Below are positions 1 through 15,734 of a stretch of DNA of 64,000 nt, piece after piece. The notes beneath the pieces are model-generated. The model was not told the DNA's origin. It saw only the letters and a program-made list of their open reading frames with translations, and made no database searches. Positions within the stretch are counted from its first letter, which is position 1. Every line of letters begins with the position of its first letter. This DNA comes from Octopus sinensis (lineage: Eukaryota), in contig NC_042997.1 of assembly GCF_006345805.1 (NCBI RefSeq), forward strand, positions 59,892,001 through 59,956,000, given 5' to 3'. A program made the translations under genes and the position numbers.

Positions 1-67
1 ATGCATATAAACAATATATACATACACGTACGCAAACACTCACACACATACATACACACACACACAC

Positions 68-123
<56 letters not shown>

Positions 124-356
124 ATAGAAATATTAAAATTACTAAGTCTCTCTAAAAGTGTGAAGCGGCTGACCTCCCTTGTTCGCAGGTTATAATGGAC
201 ACAGTTTGTGTGTCAAATAGCTATCTTAAGGCGATGGCCTCATGGAGCTAATCAGCGACAGCTTTTAGTCTTACATCTATAAGACTGCCATATTAATATG
301 GCGATAACAATTAATATATATATATATATTATATATATATATATTATATATATATA

Positions 357-922
357 TTGGGTTGTCCGGAAAGTTCGTGCCGATTTATAGTAGCTTATCT
401 TTCGACTTATTTTAGAACATGGTTGAGTCCATGAAATAGGATTTGACTACACCTCCATTTAGAGCACAGTTTAAGCAATCTTTTCGTGGAAGAAGGTTTA
501 TGTTCCTATAACCTGTGTTAATTCTGTAACCCTTTAAATTGGAAGATAAGAAAGTTCATTTTCGGCACTTGATGCTTTGGGAACCAAACAAAAATTGCTG
601 CAGCTCGGCTGTGATGTGTTACCCCACCCTCCATATTCACCAGATATTGCTCCTTCGGATTTCCACCAATTCAGGGCTCTGTAGAATAGTCTTAATGGTA
701 AAAATTTCAATTACTTGAATGACGTAAAAAGATACCTTGATGAATTATTTGCCATGAAACCACCTCAATTCTGGGAAGAGGGTATTTTCAAGTTAAAAGA
801 AAGATGGAGACGCATTGTACAACAAAATGGTTCATATTTGGTTGATTAAAAATGTAATGGCAAATATTTTTTGACATTTTTCTTTCCTTTAAAAATCGGC
901 ACGAACTTTCCGGACAACCCAA
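357..922 (+). mobile_element. Internally deleted mariner (Tc1/mariner) DNA transposon
   Basis: ~30-bp TIRs TTGGGTTGTCCGGAAAGTTCGTGCCGATTT (357) / AAATCGGCACGAACTTTCCGGACAACCCAA (ends 922), 5' TA. Internal translation joins the N-terminus EDKKVHFRHLMLWE directly to the C-terminus LPHPPYSPDIAPSDFHQFRAL*NSLNGK...WEEGIFKLKERWRRIVQQNGSY (mariner YSPD-APSDF motif). Confidence 0.95.
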
Positions 923-2280
923 GACATACATGTATATGTGCATGTATGTGTGCGTCTGTTTGCATGTTTTCTATGAGTATGTCTGAGTAGGGCGGCAAAG
1001 AGGCAGACGTATTAGTTGCTATCGCTGATCTCTCTCTCTTTCTTTATGTTATTAATTTAAATTCCTAACTTAGGAGCTGAGAAAAATTATGCATTGTCTC
1101 ACAAAATGGCGCCTTTCCACACTCGGTTGTTATTTCTTCCATTTCATATGCTCCAGGACGTCTGACTTTAACAAATTGTAACTGATATCCATGGAGTTTT
1201 TCAATTATCGTATATTTACAATACTAAACTGAAAATGTACACACGTTCTCGCATTAGTTCAACCTACGAAGAGGAAATATGTAACATATGGTTCTCTTCA
1301 AATCACTGTATTTGTTAAACTACTAACATTTACCTAGTTCTGTAAATGATAACAAATACCTATAAGCTATTTTTGGAACTAAAATTGTTCCTGATAATAA
1401 TAATATTTTTATATTATCACAATATTCCAAGTATAATTACGATGATACAGAAAAATCAAGTTATAGTGTGTTTTTAGAAATGAGGAAGTAGAAATATGTT
1501 AAAGTAGAACACTAGTCAATTGCTCTTTCCGCTGAACATACGGATATTTTTCCGTCTTATCTTTACGAATAAGAGTTTATAGTATTATATAGAATTATGT
1601 TAAATACTTTGGAGAATCTATCTCCTTACAGATTTCAACTTAAATACCAACACAATATTTTGAGATCATTTGTTAAGTAATCGTGTAAGATATAAAATTA
1701 TTGTAAGTTATTTGACCATTTTATAATTCCAGCTAAATGATATCCATGAATAGCCTCATTACTACTTTCTATAAATCTATCTTTTCCAATTATATAATTT
1801 CACAACAAAATGTCAGCTAAAATAATTCACAGAGTTTTTCCAATTCTGATTTAGAGCTTACATTGGTCGAGCAAGAAACAAGCCTCAGTCAACAACTACC
1901 GGGTATATATATTTGCCCATTATTCATTTTATCATTAAAAAAAAGTATTACGTTTTGGTTAATGAGAGTTTACCGGTTGACTGTTACATTTATTGATAAT
2001 ATTTTACATATATTTTCAATTAAAAATGATCAGCCTCTGCTTTCACCATAGCTTTTAATGTTTTCTCAACTGTTTTATCATCTCACTATTTTTTATACCA
2101 GTCATTTTTAAATGCTACATTTTGTTCACGTTTTGTTTGATCCACCATTTTTAATTAAGGTAAACAATGAAAAAAAAGAATGTGAAGAACCGTTACACAA
2201 CAGTTTCAATCATTTTTTTCGAATAAGAACGTTTCAATTTATGTTTGAGTAATGGGTAAATTATCATGTTTAATATTGAT

Positions 2281-2485
2281 TTCAAAACTTTGACACAAGG
2301 CCAGCAATTCTGGGAGGAGAGGATGACATCGACCCCAGTGCTTAACTGGTACTTATTTTATCCACCATGAAAGGATGAAAGACAAAGTCGACCTCCGCAG
2401 AAATTTAACTCAGATCGTAAAGACGGACAAAATACCGCTAAGCATTTTGCTCAATCTGCTAACGATTCTACCAGCTCGCCGCCTT
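2281..2485 (-). mobile_element. tRNA-derived SINE with Meta-like domain (dominant family in the window)
   Basis: Reverse strand reads GGCGGCGAGCTGGTAGAATCGTTAGC...TCTGAGTTAAAT...GGTCGACTTTGTCTTTCATCCTTTC...AAGTACCAGTTAAGCACTGGGGTCGATG; about 20 related copies in the window. Confidence 0.85.
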
Positions 2486-4079
2486 TGTTGTGTTTAAATA
2501 TTGGGTAAATGTATACAGGTATACGGGCCACTGCCAGTATATCTTGAAGAATAAAAACTGTCAAATATGACTGAATTGAGCCTACCACCATGTCTATTAG
2601 ACAGTAATTATAAATGAGATATCATGAGAGAAGTAACATAATATGAGAACTGAAGTGAACTGAAATTGATGAGTTATTGGATTACTCTTTGAACATCGGT
2701 TAAAAGAAGCCCTAATGACGGAGAATGGTTACTGTTAGGAAGACTAGTTTTAAATATTATAGAATGCAGTCTTTATCAATACCAGAACTGATGCACATAC
2801 TTCAGCTGTAATTCTATAATGGATATTTTTTCTGATTTTTAAGATATGGTGTTAGTAAATTACTAACTCTATTTCTTCAGTAAATTTGGGATGTTTCTGC
2901 TGTTCTATTTTAAATCTTGCATTAAAAACAAGGAATTCTTTTCGAAATATTTTCTTGTTTCAACATGAATTTGTTATTTTGGAATCCAGTTGATTAACAT
3001 TCTAACATTTCTTAAATGGCTGCTGGTTCTCATTACCAGAATTACACAAGAATGTTCGCACACATCAAACCCAATAAACTCCAAGTTTTCGCCGTTACAA
3101 ATATTATACCAAATAGAAAGATCAGATTTCTATTTTTCTAAGCTTTAGAAAACATTTCATTCTCAGGACATGAGCTTTTTCATTTTGAATAAAAATATTA
3201 TATATGTACAAAAAATAAAGGCTCTCCACTCAGCAGGAAGTGATTTTTCTCAAAGTCATTTGTGGTGCCAGTGAAGTTAATTATATCTTGGAGTTCAACT
3301 TGAACAACGGATTTGTCTTTCTTCTGGAGCTTATTTTGAGCTCTCAAAGACACACTGTTAGTTATTATACTGACTTTTGGGGATGATTTGGATTTCTTAC
3401 TGGCACAAGACTGATGACATGGGATGTCGATAATTAAATTGATATTTTAAAATTATTTATAGCTATTTTTTTCATCACAGAAAAAAGAAAGGCAAATTCA
3501 ACCCTTCGAAACAAAATACGGCCTTTTGCTCAGTGACTGAGATTCCAGGCGTATGATGTGTTCTATTTACAGATGATCGTGTTTAACAGGTGAGACCACA
3601 AGCAATAACATTTATACAAATGGTATAGACACATATGACGCATAATGACCTACACGTGTATGTGAACACTATAGCTATTGTGTTACAATATTTAATCCAA
3701 AACGCCCTCAGTGGTGCTAGAGGGACAATACTCAATGATAAATTACTTGAAAAATTTAGCATATTTCAGTCGTTCCACTTCGATGCTTCAATTACAACTC
3801 ATCGTTAGAACTACAATTATCCTATTATTTCCATTGTACCACCTGAGGATTACATTATTATGAGTATAGTAACATAGTAAAACAGTCTTGCGTTGCAACC
3901 GGGTTTAATTATAGAACTCATCGTTTGAAACCATTCACTTATAGGTAGATAGAATTACTGCTTTGTATACTAAAGAACGATGTCTCTGGGATTATATATA
4001 TAAATATTATTTTTTTTAGGGAATAAAAATTCCGGCATAACAGAGGTTCAAATTATTCTCAATGAAGAACTATATTTTA

Positions 4080-4233
<154 letters not shown>

Positions 4234-4423
4234 AACCAAATGAATAACTGCCGATGAATAATTGTCTGTGTACACAGCCAGAATATCATCTTTGATATTT
4301 ATCAACCATAAGTGGTGAGCACAGGTTTATCCAACCCTACTTTGTGCATATCTTTTCAAGTACCCGATTCTATCTGAATCCATATATATATTTATATATA
4401 TCTTGTTTACACGTGGTTGTAGA

Positions 4424-5379
<956 letters not shown>

Positions 5380-7164
5380 AATACTTTAAACAGTCATAAA
5401 TGTACACAACGTTCATTCCTGTGATTATTACAGAAGAAAGAAATGACTTAGACTACGAGTTACATTTCAACAATCTGAGATCACGAAGCAGTTTCCACCT
5501 ACAATCTTTAAAGTAAATTCACTGAAATTGTTTTGTTACTACTTTTTAAAGAAAATCATGACACCCACAGATCTGATTTCTCTTTCCTTAAAATATAAAG
5601 CATTTTGCCTCATCCTCTAGAAAAGAAGATGGTAAATCAGTGTCACTTTCTGAGTGCCAGATAGAATGCTTTGCAATATTTGCTTCGGTTCTCTGCGCTC
5701 TGAACTAAAATCGTGCCGAGGTCAGTTTTACTTTTATCCTTATGAAATAATATACAAGTACTGTAATCGATTTCCCCCTTTCCTTGTCTCTTTCTCAATC
5801 TTGGAACTGAATACATTGCATTGTGGGAAGGTTCGTAAGGGACTGCATACCATGTTCTTTTTTTAGAAACGCAAAAGAGGTAGAGTGAAGGACTAGAAAA
5901 ATCTTATACAAAAACCGATATTACATTGAAACATCCAAGGACTGACTAATGTATAATACAGGCATGGAATGGTATTAAAAAGTAAATAAAATATTCTGAA
6001 TTTGAGGCTGGTTAGTTTATTCAAAACATCAAATACTTTTATCATCCTCGTATCTCTTCCAAGAGTTTTACGACTTACCTGAATATTGAAGGTAAGTGCG
6101 TTTAGAATAGATGTTTGCTTATCCCATTATCATTCATGCTTTTCTTTTATATTTCTATATTTTAGGATAGCTGTGTGCTCAAAAGGGTAGAGTGCTGGAT
6201 TAAATACATTTCTCATTATTTAGTTATGTCCCTTCGTAAAATTTAGTTACGTTGTGGTTTAAATACCCATTAATAAGAGTCAGGAATTCTTGATTGAGCA
6301 GAGTTATTATCATACATGCCAGCTGTAAGTATACTGTCTTTCATTTAGACATAATAGATCTAGAGCCACATTGTTCAGTGTGTTTTTTCCTAAGACAACA
6401 GATGTGATTTGAAGGAGATTTGAGATGTGATTACTGTTCTTAGCAGGTTAGGTGATTGCATAGAGATTGCCAATGTAGCTCGAGAAATTTGTGACGTTGT
6501 ACTAATATGGAAACTTGAAAATTACTTGGTTAGTAGGTACTCTTTTTAGGAATTACATGGTTCTTGAAAGGGTTGACAGACTAATGGTAAATTTAATGTA
6601 TCTTAAATATCGTAATTTGCACAAGTGAACAGATAGCATTCTATTAGAAGAAACATTTTATTTCTCGTACGAAATACTGCTGACATGTTTTAATATATTT
6701 GGATAATGAAGCCGTTCACTAAGTATATATCTAAGTGCGATACTGATTGAATATGAACGCTTTATTTTTCGTTTGTAATCTAATTTTTTTTTGCCTTTTT
6801 TGACAAATATAAGCATTTGAGTGAATCTAGGACAGTTACGTAACTGAATCAAAGATGAGACAAAAGAAGAAATATTATTTCTTATATTATTCCAAATGTT
6901 ATTTAAAATTTTTTTCTACTATACTGAAACAAATTTTACAGACAATATTTCACAGACAGATGGTATCTTTTATTATTATTTGGTCGAGCATTGTACGATT
7001 CCAGTTAAAAATGGGTGTGTTTTAAGTTTTTCAAAAATCTTTACATTGCAAAACACCCACTGTGAAATTTGAGCTCCACCTCCAGTAAAATTGTATCTTT
7101 TAAACACGACACAATAACAACAAACTCAACAAGACTGCATTCAGTATGAAAACAGCGTGAAGTC

Positions 7165-7166
<2 letters not shown>

Positions 7167-7255
<89 letters not shown>

Positions 7256-7271
7256 ATATATATATATATAT

Positions 7272-7306
<35 letters not shown>

Positions 7307-7459
7307 ATGTGTGTACATGTATATATATATTTATACATATACACATATATATATACATACACAAATGTATACATACATTTATATATGCATACATCTATAA
7401 ATATACAAATGTATATTGATTTATATATGCATATGTATATAAATATAAATATATATATA

Positions 7460-7527
<68 letters not shown>

Positions 7528-7530
7528 CAC
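7167..7530. repeat. Compound (TA)n/(TG)n microsatellite
   Basis: Visible dinucleotide runs. Confidence 0.95.
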
Positions 7531-9505
7531 GCATGGTCTTATTTTAAAGGAAAGAAACTAACTTTAAAAATTAGTCATTATTTTCCGAGACGTCGTGAGC
7601 TATCAGTATTTATAAACGAACGAGGAGTAACTAGTATATATAGAATCAAAGGTATCTTCAAATTGAAAATGCCAACTCTTAGTAATATGCCTTGTTTAAC
7701 TTAGGTTCGACATATTAATATAATTCTGCTATATATTACCGCAAGAGCTGTATGGAATCGTCACTTTAAAATTTCAGGGATGAAATACGTGTTTGAAAAA
7801 ATCAGCGATTCTAAGATTCAATAAGCTAAGCTTTTAACAATTGAAGTATATAATCCCTTCCTTAATCTAAATTGGTAGGAGTGATATGAAGGTGATTTAA
7901 CCACTATTTCTGTAGAGACCATGTAGAAATGTCGGCGTTGGCATCAGATATTTTTGGGACATCTTTTATTTACAAAGAAAAAAATTCTTCATTTTTTAGT
8001 ATCAGATTGTAGTGGAATGTGTACATCATTCATTATATCACTTGTAATTTTCATAAGTGAATAGAAATGCCGCTGTCTGAACCTCAGGATTTCATGAACC
8101 TATGAAGAAAACCTTTCTATTGTGTCCATATTTATGCACACTCCCCTTTCTCTCTTTCTTTGATCTTTGTTAGACATTGCTGTTCTTTCAGACTGGTGGA
8201 TAGAAAGTAGCCTGTTGTTTGTATGTCGATGGTGGCGTGCCATTGCTTTGGTGACTCAATACCATGTTAATCCTCCCGTCCAACTTATCTATTAAAAGAT
8301 CTAATATTTGCTAGCAACATTTGTAGAGGAACTTCGTAACGAGAAGGCTTCATCTTGTTTATCTTGGCTTTTTGTAATAGCTGGTGATGCAAGCTCAAAC
8401 GTGTAGTTTGAATCAAATTGAATTTCAGATTTTTTTTCAAAATTCAGCGATTTATTTCTGCTTCTCCGACATAAATACGTATTTATGACATAAATATATT
8501 AAACATAAATATATGACATAAATATATTAAATGCAGAAACAATGGATGTACACAGGAATTTCACATATAATCTCCATAATCTTCTGTTCTGATGGTCATC
8601 TCAGGTATATGATTTAACTTTATGTTTATTCAGCTGCTTTAACAGTGCAATGAAGATATAGAATTTTCTCTGCTAGAAATCTACTCACTTAGAATCAAAT
8701 TACGAAATTAGAAATACACTGCAACGCCCGCTGCAGATATAAATTCAGACATCCCTAATTTATATTCATATGCCTTATCCAGTCAGCTCTTTAACATAAA
8801 ATGATTGACCTCTATGCGAATAGCAGGTAATCCTTATTTCGGTGTTTACGTCTGTATTTCATAAGTATATGCGATATGAATATATTATATATGGTGTATT
8901 TCTAGATAGAAGCATTCCCATAAGATCTGATATTTTTCTTGGTGAACCGAAACACGTTAAAACAGAATACTATCAGCAGCAACAGGAGCCAACGAAAGAG
9001 GCTTCCCTGCAGTCACTTGGCGTGTTTGAAATGTTAGAAATAAGAGCTGCACATCCAACTGTCAAAGAACACCGCGGTGAACGTATGTTTATAAAAAATG
9101 GTCATAGCTTGGAATTAAACAACAAAAATACCAATAGAAGTGGTAGCAGCAATAAAATCAACAGCAATAATTCACGGTCCGTATGATTGTAGTGCAATAC
9201 TTTAACAGATCAGTTATTTCATCTTTGATGAAAATAATTATTGGTACATATTTCTTTCAAAAAGAAAGCTAACTTGAAAATAGATTAAGAGTAGAAGTGG
9301 TAACAGGTGGTCTTTAAAACACTTTTAATCAGCTGGGTCACTGATTCCTCCTTTTGATTAAGGAAGGGATGTTGTTTAACATTATTTGGCCTCAAGGGAG
9401 GTACATATGTAACGTATCTGATACGTTTCCGCCTACATTTCTAAGTATTCTTATTCTTATTATTCACATCAGCATAATTATTATCACCCCACTACCAACA
9501 CTACC

Positions 9506-9690
<185 letters not shown>

Positions 9691-12529
9691 AAAAAACCCA
9701 ATAAACAAATATATGAACCGTCCTCCCATTAAATTAGAATATATTCATTACTATTTACACTATAACGAAACTACAACTGTACATAGGATCCGATACTGTG
9801 TAAATATTTTGGCAAGCAGATATAAGGTAGCCAACAGAAACTCAAAGGAAATGTATTCTGTGAAGCAAGGAGCAGAGTAATCGTATCGCACTACATTTAA
9901 ACCAGACACCATGAACAGCGAACGATGTTTATATATGATGCAGCGATCTGTGATACGAGAGAAACAGGGAGGAAGTGCTATATGTTATATATATTTGTTA
10001 ATACATATATTACATTATATTAATAGAGGCCTTAGTGGTTGTATATTTATAATAGAAATGCCATAAAAATAAATACATAAAATATTGATTCCCAACCGAG
10101 ATTTGAGATTATATGAGTCCATACATTTCTCAAAAATTATTAACCATTAAAAAACACAACACCAATTTATTGGCAGTGGGAAAATAATTTACTACTCAGA
10201 CTCTGCTAAATAGGAGTTAAATTATTTCTCTGTAGTACTTGTCCTATGTTTCACTGATGAGGTCAGGATAAGATCAAAGCATACTCAGAGTCGTCTTTCG
10301 CAGTTACTAGTGAAAAATGAAAATAATATTAGTAATTCACTAATATTGACTTTTCATCATAGTATATTTATTTCTAGTAAGTTTTTTAATGCTCTCTGCT
10401 ACTTTCACGAAGTATTTTACTAACTTAGCTATTGTCTTTTTTACGTAGATAGTATCTTTGAATTGACTGTTCTCTAAAGAATTCTATTTTCCTTTGCCAA
10501 TAAATGAACAACCTTGTACTGTCACTTAATGACTTTCTCGTCTTTACTTAGGCTCGTACAATGAAGGCTTTGTTTAGCTGATGCGATCAAAGCATGACAA
10601 AATGGTGTTTAGCATTTGCTGGAAAAGTGAAACATAATAGTAATTTTGTTTACTGTATAATTGTTTCAACTTAGGTCATTACCAAATGTGTTAGAACTGT
10701 ACATTGTTAATATATTTATTGATATTACATATAAATTTAAGAGACATTTAATTTCTTGTAGAAATATTAGAAATCAGTTTCAGTAGGCTATCACTCTCTT
10801 GTTTTAAGGATCTGCAGTTAAAATCTCAATATAGGCTCTGTGAAGTGCCCCAGCCACAAACTTGTCCTAGTTGAAGGCACGTCCAGGGAATATTTCATTT
10901 AATCACCCTAAGTGGCAGAAATACAATATAAATGGTCGAGGTTCATTAATTTACAATATGATAGTTAACATCCAAACCCGGAGAATATTTATACCAAGAA
11001 ATTACTATTTTCAGGGAAAGTTTTTACAACAACCAGTTTACGGTAAATGAAGACTATATAAATAAAGTTAATGCGAAAAAATACACCAGACTGACTTTAA
11101 GTAAAAAATTTACATAACTGATGTTATTTGAACACATTAGTAATGTGCCGACTAATGACATTGACACAAAAGGGAATGTGGAGCAAAAACATATAACAAA
11201 TTTAATGCTTTGGTTAGGGTAATTTTTATGTATTTGATGCATTTACTAAACTCCATGTATTCAGTTACAAATGTCAATGTGTCCTGGTTGGTAAGATGCT
11301 AGATTGGTTGTATTCGGTGAGGAATTAAAATAGAATAGAGAATGGAATTGGCTATGCAGTAGCAGATATGATGACAATTGCTTCATAAATAGGTCCACAC
11401 ACGCACAAAGACACGCTCACTGATATTTACACACAAAACCAGATTCACACCAACCCCCCCACACATATCAATGCAATCTGTCTGCGATTCGGTGATGTTA
11501 TTTATAGTCTTCGTGCATTTATGCAATAATATCAATAAATACATGGAAGGCCCTTTTACATTTAAACAAACATAAATAGACACATATGTTTGTGTAGATA
11601 TTTATAAAAACACATGCATATATATACACATATATTACATACACACAGTTATACGTTTATATGTACAGACGAAAGGAAACAGCACCCATTATATTGCTTT
11701 ATATCTAATGCTAAACTGTTGATAAATAATCAGCATATCATTCAAGGTTTTATCACACGAAAATATGCATGTGATCTTTCATATGTCTTTTATGACGGAA
11801 TGTGTTAAATGCAAATTGCTTCTAAAAGCATTGGTAATGGTGATTAGCAAGGTAGATCAAAGAAGGTAACATAGTCGAAAATATTTTAGGCTACTACTTC
11901 GTAAGGGAGACGACGCAGCTGAAGTATATTTTCAACAACGGTGGCTAATTTGCGCGGCAGAAAGTTGAGGATTTTGCGAATCATTTGAATCAGCGTGCTA
12001 CTCTGATGAAAACTCCTTAAGGACAATGTTTGCCTTCCTTATCTAATAGTCCAACTTTAGGTCTGCAAACAAGAGAGAGAATTTAAAATGTAAAACGGCT
12101 CCTGTCAAATCAAAGGTTTTGGGCATTTCGAATCCGACTTAATCAAACCGATTAAAGAGGCATGCTATTTACATACAACCAATACCTTCCTAAATATCTT
12201 GAACAACAAAAGACATCTTTCATAATGTGAGCATCTTTACACTTGCAACATCTAATAATTACTTACAGAAAAATCAAATAGAACAAGCTTCAAACTATCC
12301 TTGGACTGAGGAATTTCTGATAGGATAGAACCTTTCTTATACCATAGTGCGAGCCAGGAATAGCTTCTGTGAAAAGCTATTTTATTCAAAGAACATTTTA
12401 ATAAATTAAAATAGAGGAAAAAAATAATCTGATTACCGTTCACGTTAATTTAAATATTTCTATGGACATAAATTCCACAAGATTTTCAATGTACACAATG
12501 TTAAGGATAACTATTCTTGTCTAGACATT

Positions 12530-12810
12530 ACTTTCATCAGCACACATTACCATCGAAGACTGCTCCACAGCCTCAAAACTCATCTTGCAACTATTGAAAC
12601 AATTGATTTGACCACCTAAAGGAGTTATATTTGGCATAAGTTATTCAACATACTACAGAATTATACGAGGCTCACTGCCATCGATTTCAAGGATGTTATA
12701 ATCCTCACCTGCATTCCTATCTCTATTCATGTAGAAACTCCGGGATCATGGATCCTCCAACTATAAATTGGAGTATTGCTGACAAAGCTACACCATATTA
12801 TGTAAATTTT
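12530..12810 (+). mobile_element. Highly decayed Penelope-like GIY-YIG endonuclease fragment
   Basis: Translation with stops: PQNSSCNY*NN*FDHLKELYLA*VIQH...HSYLYSCRNSGIMDPPTINWSIADKATPYY, resembling the PLE endonuclease CNC...LSxYIW...IxWxIxxKAxxY pattern; compare ORF 32947-33384. Confidence 0.5.
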
Positions 12811-13513
12811 TATTTTTATATCAGAGAAGTTAAAGAAACTGAAACAATGCAATTTATCCTTTAGTAGAAAAACTGGATTTGTCTAACTGTCGTCAAGGGT
12901 GGAGGTTTCGTCTAAACTATTTCCAGTTGGTTGAACACCAAGCCAAGTTTCTTGTACAGGAGTCATGTTTTGAAAATTTATCCTGTATCCTTCTATATAA
13001 TATATATTTAATTATTCAAAGTTTAGTTCCTAACATCCTTAAGTTTTGACTAGTTCAATCATTTAAGAATTTTATTTTCATATTCCTAACTAATATGTTG
13101 TTTCCGTTGATTGCGTTTTAAATTAAGTTTTAAAATGAAAGCAAAATGTCCTGAATTATGACTACGAACAAAATATCATTACAGTGATGCTCGAATATGT
13201 GATCACGCTATTACATATATAGTTTGAAGAGAAAAGAAGAGAATGGTAAATGTACGTTTTAATGGCTCATAAAAATAAAATTTTAGCAAATGTAAATCAA
13301 AAGTCAGGAAGCTGTTAATACGGATGTCTGTACTCCAGAGATCTTTACATTTCTTAAATAAAAGAGCAGCTTGTTAAGATTATCACTTAATGTAGTTGAT
13401 ATAAAAAAAAAACAGATTCCAGAAATAGAGAAGTTTTAGTTACATCTTTCTATATTGTTATCGGATAAATTAGATAACAAAATACACCTAGAATGTTTAG
13501 TTGTTTGAATCTG

Positions 13514-13682
<169 letters not shown>

Positions 13683-13779
13683 CGTTCTCTTCTGGAGAAT
13701 ATTTAGGTTGGGGATCACGGACAATTTCCAAAAATCTCTAGCTTGGCATTGCTATTACAAGGAGCTTTGTCTATTTGGG

Positions 13780-14600
13780 ATTAATTGTATAGATACAGTT
13801 TTGTAATGCCTATTTGTTGGTAGCCAATTTAATTGCTTCCCCACCAAACTTCCATATTCTGCCGTTACTAATGAATTCTTCCCCCATAACATTAATATCG
13901 TAATTTCTGCATTGCATTCTTTTTGTGGTTTCTGGTAGGAATGCTTTGATCATGTGTCACAATCAAGAATCCTTCCGGCTCATCTTTCTACTCTTCACTT
14001 TTCAGCAAGTACTGTGATTTTTTTGTTTATTTCTATTCTGTTCATTGTTGACTTTTTTTATTGGTCATCTAGAGGATTGTCTTGTCTTTGTTTTATAATG
14101 GCGTTATGTACCTCCACCTTGCTCAGTAATTTCTTTCTTCTTTTTTTTTTTTTTTTTACAATTTTTATTGTTTTTCAGCTTTTTCCTTTCAATCGTCTGT
14201 CTTTTAGGCCACTGTTTTGTATTCGTGGATTTCCTTTAAAACCGAAAACAATATTTAGTTTTGTTCCTATTTTGCAGTTCTTTCTATTAATTTTCTATTC
14301 TTTTCCGTTAAACTTTGTAGTCCCACAGTGAATACTTTACACTGTTGCTTTTCTGTACCAGCATGCTACATTCACCTACATTGAGAATCTACTTGGTTTC
14401 TATCTATCTTGGCTTTTATCCAATTAGTCCTTAATGTTTTGATTTTGTGCAGCTACTAACAAACTTTCTGTCTTCCTTTTCAGCTTTCCTTTCAGCAACC
14501 ATAACCATGTCTCACTACTACTCTTTACTGCAACTATCTTTGGGAATCTACCATGCAAGGCCTTCTGCCAATCAGATAATTTCTGTTCTTTTTTCTGATT
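13780..14600 (-). mobile_element. R4/Dong-clade non-LTR retrotransposon fragments
   Basis: DWQKALHGRFPKIVAVKSSSETWLWLLKGKLKRKTESLLVAAQNQ matches the R4/Dong W..K.LHG.F...W.WL..G.LK.ETE..L.AAQDQ segment. The part below 14340 is decayed, Lys-rich and assigned only tentatively. Confidence 0.7.
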
Positions 14601-14611
14601 TTTAACTTCAT

Positions 14612-15125
14612 TAATTATTATTGTTATTATTATTTTCTCTTTATCACATGTTTTGTTGGAGCTCCTGGAGTCTCGCATGCGTAGCGGGCTTACTTACCTG
14701 CAGCCTACGGCATCATGCTATTCGTTCTTTTCAGCTATCTTATATTTTCCTGATTATTCTGGCCGTGCCAAGGAGGTAAACCTTTTGTAACAGTTCTGCT
14801 GGTTACTCTATTCCAATTTCCTTTATATTCCTCTTGATGCCTTCTGATACTGTTCCCAAGAACCCATCAGTAATTGGCAACATCTTCACCTTCTTCATTT
14901 TCTATAACCGAGCTATTTCGTACTTAAAAGGGTTGTATCTATCTATCTTTTCGCCTTCTGTCTTGACTATTCGTAGATCAAAGGAGCATGCAACATTAAC
15001 TATATTGCATATGTGGTGCACCTTGTCCACAACCACTAGGTCCTGTATGTTATGCTCTAGCGACTGATCTGTTTGGATTGGGATCCTAGAGGATTTTGCT
15101 AGTCTCCGACTCCTCCCTTCATCGG
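14612..15125 (-). mobile_element. R4/Dong restriction-like endonuclease 3' end with (TAA)n tail
   Basis: IQTDQSLEHNIQDLVVVDKVHHICNIVNVACSFD...EKIDRY...EIARL*...LGTV...ELLQKVYLLGTARIIRKI, then a short 3' UTR ending in AATAATAATAACAATAATAAT. Confidence 0.85.
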
Positions 15126-15147
15126 TTGCTCTTGTGGCAAATAAATG

Positions 15148-15184
<37 letters not shown>

Positions 15185-15334
15185 TATTAGTATTATTCCA
15201 GTGCTACAATTAATTAAAGCACAGGAAATGCATGGTCATTACATTGCTATATTATCGCTCCAAGCATTCCTTGTGCTAAATCTCCGACTTTATGCTAATG
15301 CATAAGATTATTGTTTTATTACTAAGGCATTGGT

Positions 15335-15480
15335 TAAGACGACGAGCTGGCAGAATCCTTAGCACGTTGGACAAAATGCTCAGCGGTATTTCTCCTGGCA
15401 TTACGTTCTGAGTTCAAATACTGCAAAAGTCAGTTTTGCCCTTCATCCTTTCGCAGTGGAGCACTGGGGTCGATGTAATT
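15335..15480 (+). mobile_element. Meta-domain SINE copy
   Basis: GACGAGCTGGCAGAATCCTTAGCAC...TTCTGAGTTCAAAT...CACTGGGGTCGATGTAAT. Confidence 0.8.
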
Positions 15481-15612
15481 GACTAACACCTTACCCCCAA
15501 ACCGCTGGCCTGATGCCTACAGTGGAAGTTATTATCATTATATTAGTCACGTATCGGGTCGATGTATCCCCTATCCCCAAATTTCTGGCCTTATAGCTCA
15601 ATTAGAAACAAT

Positions 15613-15734
15613 TGTTGTTGTTGCTGTTGTTGTTGTTCTTCTCCTTCTTCTTCTTCTACTACTACTACTACTACTACTAACTACTACTACTACTACTACT
15701 AATAATAATAATGCTGCTGCTGCTGCTGCTGCTG

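Noticed and set aside
232-302. CTCATGGA-GCT-AATC-AGC-GACA and adjacent hairpins (AGTCTTA/TAAGACT, GCCATATTAATATGGC) as a hammerhead
   Set aside because: Too many core mismatches and no stem I or III.
6001-6250. Plus-strand 74-bp GT-AG intron-like segment (6092-6165)
   Set aside because: Flanking frames hit stops almost immediately; no supportable CDS, at most non-coding.
9000-9070. Minus-strand TVGCAA as the next CAP exon (VGC motif)
   Set aside because: Lies in an interspersed repeat, has no VW or CNY motif, and the frame stops.
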